From NCBI GenBank assembly GCA_026129095.1, contig JAHCIT010000004.1, positions 248,001 to 312,000 of the forward strand: a DNA stretch of 64,000 nucleotides, written 5' to 3'. The translations under genes and the position numbers were made by a program. The notes beneath the pieces are model-generated. The model was given only the letters and a program-made list of their open reading frames with translations. It was not told where the DNA came from and ran no database searches. Positions 58,330-64,000 of this stretch are shown here, piece after piece. Position 1 is the stretch's first letter. Every line of letters starts with the position of its first letter. The stretch comes from Deltaproteobacteria bacterium. Lineage in GTDB: Bacteria; JAGRBM01; JAHCIT01.

Positions 58330-59060
58330 CTGAAGCCATGATGGCCGGATTGCCCCGCCTGTTCGTGGCTGCGGATCTCTCCAGCCGGCGGGAACTGGAC
58401 ACGCTGCTGGCGCAGATTGCGCCCACAGGTGCCGGGATCAAGATCGGACTGGAGGCCTATACCGCACTCGGCGGAGAACTGGTTCAGGCAGCAGCGGAAC
58501 AGGGATGTTCCGTCTTTCTGGACCTCAAGTTCCACGATATTCCGACCACCGTGGCCCGTGCCTGTACCAATGTGGCCGCACTCGGGGCCTCCCTCACCAA
58601 TGTGCATGCGCTGGGTGGCCCCCGGATGATCTCCGCCGCCCGCGAGGCGCTGGAAAAGCACGGTGGCCCAGGCCGCACGAAACTTCTCGCCGTCACCATC
58701 CTGACGAGCCACAGCGAAGCCGATGTCCGCGAACTCGGATTCACGGAAAACTCCGCCGTGCTGGTCCCGAGGCTGGCCCGGATGGCCAGGGATGCGGGAG
58801 CCGACGGCGTGGTTTGCTCGCCACACGAAGCCTCCGGCGTCCGTGAGGCCGCCGGGCCCGGCTTTCTTATCGTCACACCCGGAGTCCGCCCGTCCGGATC
58901 GGCCTCGAACGACCAGCAGCGGATTGCAACACCGGTGGACGCCATCCGTTCCGGGGCCACCCATCTCGTCGTGGGACGTCCCATCACGGGCGCACCCGAT
59001 CCGGCCGCCGCGGCGCAGGCGATTATCGGGGAAATCCGGGCCACACTGGCCGGTAACTGA
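58326..59060 (+). CDS. pyrF: Orotidine 5'-phosphate decarboxylase
   Basis: KIGLE, FLDLKFHDIPTTV, VTILTS, VTPGVRP, DQQR, VVGRPI. Confidence 0.97.
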   Translation: MTEAMMAGLPRLFVAADLSSRRELDTLLAQIAPTGAGIKIGLEAYTALGGELVQAAAEQGCSVFLDLKFHDIPTTVARACTNVAALGASLTNVHALGGPRMISAAREALEKHGGPGRTKLLAVTILTSHSEADVRELGFTENSAVLVPRLARMARDAGADGVVCSPHEASGVREAAGPGFLIVTPGVRPSGSASNDQQRIATPVDAIRSGATHLVVGRPITGAPDPAAAAQAIIGEIRATLAGN

Positions 59061-59062
59061 TC

Positions 59063-60229
59063 ATGCCACCAGTTACCGGCCTTGGGATGATGAGCGGCAC
59101 ATCGGCCGACGGAATCGATGCCGTTCCGGTGGAGTTTCCGCCGGGCAAACGCCCCAGACCAGGGAAACGGGTGACGGCGCCCTACCCGGCTCCACTCCGG
59201 ACCGAACTCCTGAAGCTGGCCGAAGCGCGCTCGTTTCCGGTAGACCGGATCGCCGAACTGTCGGTCGAACTCGGACGGCTCCATCTGGAACTGGCACTGA
59301 AAGTCTCGAAGTCACTCAAGCGAAATCCGGATTTCATCGCACTGCATGGGCAGACCATCCGTCACCGGCCCGAGGCCGGGTACACCTGGCAGCTTGTGGA
59401 CCCGGCTCCGGTGGCCGCCGGAACCGGAGCAACAGTGATCTCCGATTTCCGCACCGCCGATGTGGCCGAGGGCGGGGAGGGAGCGCCGCTGGTCCCGTTT
59501 GCCCACCAGATCCTGTTTGCTGACGCGAAAAAATGGACCGCTGCCGTCAATATCGGCGGTATCGCCAATGTGACGCTGCTCCCCCCTGCCGGATCGAACC
59601 ACTCCATCACCGGATTCGACACCGGCCCCGGTAACATGCTGATCGACGCCTGGGTCCAGGAACATGCGGGACAGCCGTTCGACCGTGACGGCCGGATCGC
59701 CCGGAAAGGGACGCCGCAGCCGGCAGGCCGGAGGTGGCTTGAGCGTGAGCCGTATTTTGCCGAACCCCCTCCCAAATCCACGGGGCGCGAGCAGTTCGGC
59801 AAGGTGTTTCTCGGCAAGATCCGCCGGAACCTCGTCCGCATGGGGCTGCACGATGCCGTGGCGACGCTTACGCTTTTTACCAGCGCCTCCATCGCTGACC
59901 AGGTTCTCAGGTGGTCGCCCGTTCAGCCCGAACGCGTCGTCGTCTGCGGCGGCGGGGCCTTTAATCCAGCCATCCTCTGGGGTCTCCGGCAGATGCTTCC
60001 GGGATCGGAGGTCATTCCGAGCACCCGGATGGGGATAGAGCCGCTGGCCGTGGAAGCCGCTGCCTTTGCCCTGCTGGGCATGGAGACGCTGAAGGGGCTG
60101 CCGTCGAATATCACATCCGTTACCGGGGCCACCCGGCCCGCGATCCTCGGGCGCATATCCCCCGGAAGATTATTTTTTAAGACGGTATCAGCTGTCCACG
60201 CCCTGCCCGCAATCGGGTACACTGGCTGA
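59063..60229 (+). CDS. anmK: Anhydro-N-acetylmuramic acid kinase
   Basis: GMMSGTSADGID, HGQT, DFRTAD...GGEGAPLVP, NIGGIAN, FDTGPGN, PKSTGRE, CGGGAFN. Confidence 0.95.
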   Translation: MPPVTGLGMMSGTSADGIDAVPVEFPPGKRPRPGKRVTAPYPAPLRTELLKLAEARSFPVDRIAELSVELGRLHLELALKVSKSLKRNPDFIALHGQTIRHRPEAGYTWQLVDPAPVAAGTGATVISDFRTADVAEGGEGAPLVPFAHQILFADAKKWTAAVNIGGIANVTLLPPAGSNHSITGFDTGPGNMLIDAWVQEHAGQPFDRDGRIARKGTPQPAGRRWLEREPYFAEPPPKSTGREQFGKVFLGKIRRNLVRMGLHDAVATLTLFTSASIADQVLRWSPVQPERVVVCGGGAFNPAILWGLRQMLPGSEVIPSTRMGIEPLAVEAAAFALLGMETLKGLPSNITSVTGATRPAILGRISPGRLFFKTVSAVHALPAIGYTG

Positions 60230-60234
60230 CGGGT

Positions 60235-61314
60235 ATGGATGCGCTCATTCTCGCTGCCGGCCTCGGAACCCGGCTCCGTCCGCTGACGGAGTACCTTCCC
60301 AAGCCGCTGGTACCGGTGCTGAACACGCCGCTCATTGACCTTGCCATCGACTGGCTGCGGGTTCAGGGGATGAGCCGTTTTACGGTCAATTCGCACTACA
60401 AGGCCGATCTGCTCCGCTCCCACCTGAATCAGCGGGCTCTCCATGACCGGATCGATATAACGGAGAGCCACGAACCCGCCATCCTCGGGACAGGTGGGGC
60501 CATCCTCAAGGTGATTGATACCTTCAAGGGCGACTGCTTCGTGCTCTGGAACTCCGATATCCTGTTTGCACCGGAACTGGGACCGGTCATCGAGGGGCAT
60601 CGCTCGTCAGGTGCGCTGGCAACTCTGGTTCTCCGGCGGCGTGATGTGCAGAAATTCGGCGGCTTTACACGCGAACCCGATGGGCTCATCACCTCCTATG
60701 TCCCCCCCAGCCCCGGCCGGCCGCCCCTTCATGCGGGCATCTATACCGGAGTCATGGTGCTCAGCCCGGAGATTCGCATCCACTTTCCGCCGGGGAAAGA
60801 CATCTTCTGCATTATCGCCGACGTGATCCGGCCGCTGATCGAAAAGGGCGAAAGGGTCCGCGGGGTGTTCAGCGATGAATCTTGGAGCGATCTCGGGAAC
60901 CCTGAAGCCTATTTCCGGGCGAATTTCGAGGAACTGGCCCTGCTGGAAAGCGGCCCCAATCCTCTCACCCGGTTTCTCAGGAGCCTGCTGGAGCGCAAGG
61001 GCTACGAAAACCGGGGCAACGGATTCTGGGCCATGCCGCACCAGAAACAGGTGCCGGCCCAGGGGCCGTCGCTGGTGGGCCCGGATGTCGTCTGCGGACG
61101 GGACGTGGCTCTCGGCGAGCGGGTCATCATTGGCAGCGGGGCGCGAATCTACGGCGCCGGCCTGCTGGAGGACTCGATTGTCTGGCCCGGCGTCGAGGCC
61201 GTCCTGCGCTCGCCATCCGGGAACCGGAAGATCCAGGACCGCATCTTTTCCGGTAGCGGCTACTATGCCGTGCCGACGAACCGCGAGGAAATCCCCCAGC
61301 TTCCGCCGGTCTAA
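60235..61314 (+). CDS. NDP-sugar synthase / nucleotidyltransferase
   Basis: LAAGLGTRLRPLTEYLPKPL, EPAILGTGG, WSDLG, short beta-helix-like tail. Confidence 0.85.
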   Translation: MDALILAAGLGTRLRPLTEYLPKPLVPVLNTPLIDLAIDWLRVQGMSRFTVNSHYKADLLRSHLNQRALHDRIDITESHEPAILGTGGAILKVIDTFKGDCFVLWNSDILFAPELGPVIEGHRSSGALATLVLRRRDVQKFGGFTREPDGLITSYVPPSPGRPPLHAGIYTGVMVLSPEIRIHFPPGKDIFCIIADVIRPLIEKGERVRGVFSDESWSDLGNPEAYFRANFEELALLESGPNPLTRFLRSLLERKGYENRGNGFWAMPHQKQVPAQGPSLVGPDVVCGRDVALGERVIIGSGARIYGAGLLEDSIVWPGVEAVLRSPSGNRKIQDRIFSGSGYYAVPTNREEIPQLPPV

Positions 61315-61336
61315 TCGAGGGCCCGGTCCCGGCCGG

Positions 61337-63730
61337 TCAGGCAAGCCCCCACTGGCGGCGCAGGAACCATTCGACCGACAGCAGTGCCGCCAGAACCAGC
61401 AGCACGAATCCGTTGTCCCAGAGTTCGACTTCACGGGCCCCCAGGACCCGGAACGCATCCACGGGCTTTACCGACGGCACACCGTCTGTCCGGCCCTTCT
61501 CGATCCGGAGCGACCGTCCTCCAAGACGGTTCGCCAGTGCATCCATCAGCTCCGTTTCGACACGGGTTCGCTCATATTCGGCCACCGGGCTCAGCACCTC
61601 GACAAAAGCGGTGTCGGAACCGAGCTCCAGACCGGAAGAGGACTTCGCCCCGCTCCAGATGGACAGGAACCCCTTTCCCTCGGCAATGCAGGTGGTTTCA
61701 AAGACGCCCGGCCCCGACTGGACCACCGGTTGCGGACAGATATTGCCGGTCATCGAACTGATTCCCCGCGCCTTCAGGTCAACAATCGCCTGCTCGGCCG
61801 GGCGGTACTGCTCGTCCAGGACGGATACACGCACACGCATTTCCTCGCCGGGACGGTACTGGCGGCGCGGCGTCGTCACCTGTACCCGCTGGCTGGAAGG
61901 ATCCTTGGTGAGCCACCGGAGGGCTTCACGCCAGAATGTCGCATAGTGCCGGGCTGTCCCCTCCTGTGCGGCTGCAGGGAAGGCCCAGAACCATGACGAA
62001 TCACCTGCCACGGAGAGCACCCGCCCCTTGCTGTACTGCCGCCCGGCGACCAGTGACATAGGCCTCCCATCCGGATACTTCAGTCTGGGATGGTTCATGA
62101 GCGAGAACGCATCCGGCTTGAGCGGTCCCGTCAGGTTCATGCCTTCTACTGGCGGAAGCCGTTTCCAGAGTTTTTCATTCTCGTCCGGATCGGAAACCAG
62201 CCGGGTCATGGGGTGGATACGCCCTGTCTGGGATAACTCGGGAGCGAAAGGAGCCGTCTCGTAGACCCGGCCCATGTCCAGCAGGCCAGCCCCCTGGAAC
62301 CGCTCGAACGGCATCAGGTCACGGATGGCAGCCCAGTTGAAGTTGGTGTCGGAAAAACCCTGGTCGCCTCCGATTAATACCAGTCCACCACCCTGCTCGG
62401 CCACGAACTTCCGCATGTTCTCCAGATGACCCAGGTTGATCCCGTAATGATCCTGGTACTGGAAGTTCTGCATGATCACGACATCAAAGGAAGGAAGCTG
62501 ACGGTCAAAAATCTCGTCTGTCGGAAACGGAATCAGGGACAGGTCCCGCTCGGGAAAGTTCTGCATTCTCACCTGCGCCAGATCCCGCAGGATCATGAAC
62601 GAGATCAGGTCGATATTGGGGTCACGCTTGAACAGCTGCCTCAGGAACCGGACGTCCCAGCTCGGATGCCCGACCACCTGAAGCACCCGGATCCGGTCGC
62701 GGATCACGTTGAGAATAAAGGCCTTCTTGTTATTGTCGCGGATCCGTTCCACTTCGACAGGCGGAACCTGAACCTCGTAAATGAACTCACCTACCTCCTG
62801 CGGCGAAAAAGACAGGGTGGCTTTCAGTGTGTGCGCGCCAGAATCAGGAACCTGGACCTGGGTCTGCGCGATCACTCCTCCCCCGAACCGGAGCTGGACT
62901 GGCAGACGCTGGGCGGAAATGCCGCTGGTGCGAACGTGTATGGTGATTTCCGCCTGGTTCCTGATGAACGCATAGTCGTCCACCTCTAGCGAGGAGATCG
63001 CCACGTCCGGTATGGGCTCCTCGCCACCGACCAGAACCGTCGAGACGGGGGCATTCACCCCGGCAAGCCCGGCCTGCCGGAGCCGGTCGGCGAACACGTT
63101 TTCCCGGCGAGTGGCCTCGGAAAGCCCGGACAGGTCCGCGCCGTCGGAAACAATGACCACTCCGCTGGTCGGCTGATCCTTGATACGCCGGGCCATATCC
63201 ACGAGGAGCGAGGAGAAATCGGTCGAGAATCCCGCCACCGGCAGGCTCGCCCCCTCGCCCGCCATTCCGGGGAGCGGCGCGATCCGGAAATCATCGCCGC
63301 TGCCTGAAAAGCCGAGCATCCTTATGTCGTAGTTCTCGCGCCACTGATCCAGCGGGAGTCCACCTGCCGCCAGCCACCTTGTCACCGCTTCCCGGCGTTC
63401 GGCACCCCCGTTCGCGTCCGGAATCTCCATGCTTGGGCTCTGGTCAAAATACACGACCAGCTGGTTGCGGATCGGCTGTGTTTTCTGGAGCTGCACACGC
63501 GGGCCGGCAGCCGCCACGGCAATCGCCCCAACGGCGGCCAGACGCAGCAGCACCAGCAGCACTCCCCTGGCACCCCCGGCACGGATATCGGAAACGGCGC
63601 TGGCGAGCAGGGCTGCCACGAGTGCCACCAGGACATATAGAAACAGGCCTTCCAGCCGCTCCGAATAGACGATCTCCCAGCGATCGAAATCCCCGCCCGA
63701 AGCGGCCAGCCTGTCCATCAGTCCGTTCAC
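61337..63730 (-). CDS. Membrane protein with vWA-like and glutamine amidotransferase-like (DUF1355-type) domains
   Basis: N-terminal TMs, DQSPSM and VSDG (MIDAS-like), PSWDVRFLR, LSLIPFP, GGGLVLIGG, C-terminal EWFLRRQWGL. Confidence 0.75.
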   Translation of the reverse strand: MNGLMDRLAASGGDFDRWEIVYSERLEGLFLYVLVALVAALLASAVSDIRAGGARGVLLVLLRLAAVGAIAVAAAGPRVQLQKTQPIRNQLVVYFDQSPSMEIPDANGGAERREAVTRWLAAGGLPLDQWRENYDIRMLGFSGSGDDFRIAPLPGMAGEGASLPVAGFSTDFSSLLVDMARRIKDQPTSGVVIVSDGADLSGLSEATRRENVFADRLRQAGLAGVNAPVSTVLVGGEEPIPDVAISSLEVDDYAFIRNQAEITIHVRTSGISAQRLPVQLRFGGGVIAQTQVQVPDSGAHTLKATLSFSPQEVGEFIYEVQVPPVEVERIRDNNKKAFILNVIRDRIRVLQVVGHPSWDVRFLRQLFKRDPNIDLISFMILRDLAQVRMQNFPERDLSLIPFPTDEIFDRQLPSFDVVIMQNFQYQDHYGINLGHLENMRKFVAEQGGGLVLIGGDQGFSDTNFNWAAIRDLMPFERFQGAGLLDMGRVYETAPFAPELSQTGRIHPMTRLVSDPDENEKLWKRLPPVEGMNLTGPLKPDAFSLMNHPRLKYPDGRPMSLVAGRQYSKGRVLSVAGDSSWFWAFPAAAQEGTARHYATFWREALRWLTKDPSSQRVQVTTPRRQYRPGEEMRVRVSVLDEQYRPAEQAIVDLKARGISSMTGNICPQPVVQSGPGVFETTCIAEGKGFLSIWSGAKSSSGLELGSDTAFVEVLSPVAEYERTRVETELMDALANRLGGRSLRIEKGRTDGVPSVKPVDAFRVLGAREVELWDNGFVLLVLAALLSVEWFLRRQWGLA

Positions 63731-64000
63731 AGCCGCCGCCTCTTCAGGATGAACGGGATATGGACCTGATCGCTCTTGTAGTCCACGTTCAGCGCATACA
63801 TGAAGATATTCAGGCCCATGCGGAACGCCCGTTCCCGGCCGGCCTCGCCAGCCGAAATCTGGTCATGAACAAACCCGCCATCCGACCGCCGGGCCCATGC
63901 ACCTCCAAGATCATTCCGGGAATACAGAATTGCCGTCCGGCCGCCCACCTGAACGCCTTCGATCTCCTTCGCGACGGAAAGCCGTCCCGGGGCGCCCTCC
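63727..64000 (-). CDS. DUF4159 domain protein, C-terminal part (truncated by the window edge)
   Basis: NDLGGAW, RERAFRMGLNIFMYAL, DYKSDQVH; overlaps the next start. Confidence 0.75.
   Translation of the reverse strand, partial: EGAPGRLSVAKEIEGVQVGGRTAILYSRNDLGGAWARRSDGGFVHDQISAGEAGRERAFRMGLNIFMYALNVDYKSDQVHIPFILKRRRL

Overview
A GC-rich, densely coding bacterial chromosomal segment with about 55 CDS and one tRNA-Phe. I see no integrase, transposase, prophage or CRISPR array. Gene content (DUF4388 proteins, a GspE-N/MshEN protein, an MXAN_5808-like S41 protease, a cobA-hemD fusion, a mitochondrial-type aconitase) suggests a Myxococcota/deltaproteobacterial-type organism; this is inference, not a database result. 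The left half (1-33 kb) is accessory: an FG-GAP/RTX surface protein with a TIGR03032 protein and a 2OG-Fe(II) oxygenase; a Coq4-like gene divergent from a TetR-hydrolase-SDR-flavin monooxygenase cluster; a formate dehydrogenase operon (FdhF + AsrA-like + AsrB-like + FNT channel, with no AsrC or hydrogenase subunit); a hybrid kinase; the hopanoid C-3 methylase HpnR; DsbA/DsbC-like + CcdA; four divergent six-cysteine lipoprotein paralogues in tandem; and acyl-CoA catabolic genes. The right half is mostly housekeeping (hemC, cobA-hemD, fmt, rsmB, aconitase, priA, yacG, carbonic anhydrase, proS, pyrF, anmK). The best candidates for an undescribed system are the Fdh-AsrAB-FNT operon, the six-Cys lipoprotein array, the FG-GAP/TIGR03032/2OG module, the Coq4-linked catabolic regulon and a candidate small RNA at about 33.09-33.18 kb. 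All family assignments come from motif recognition by eye; no searches were run.
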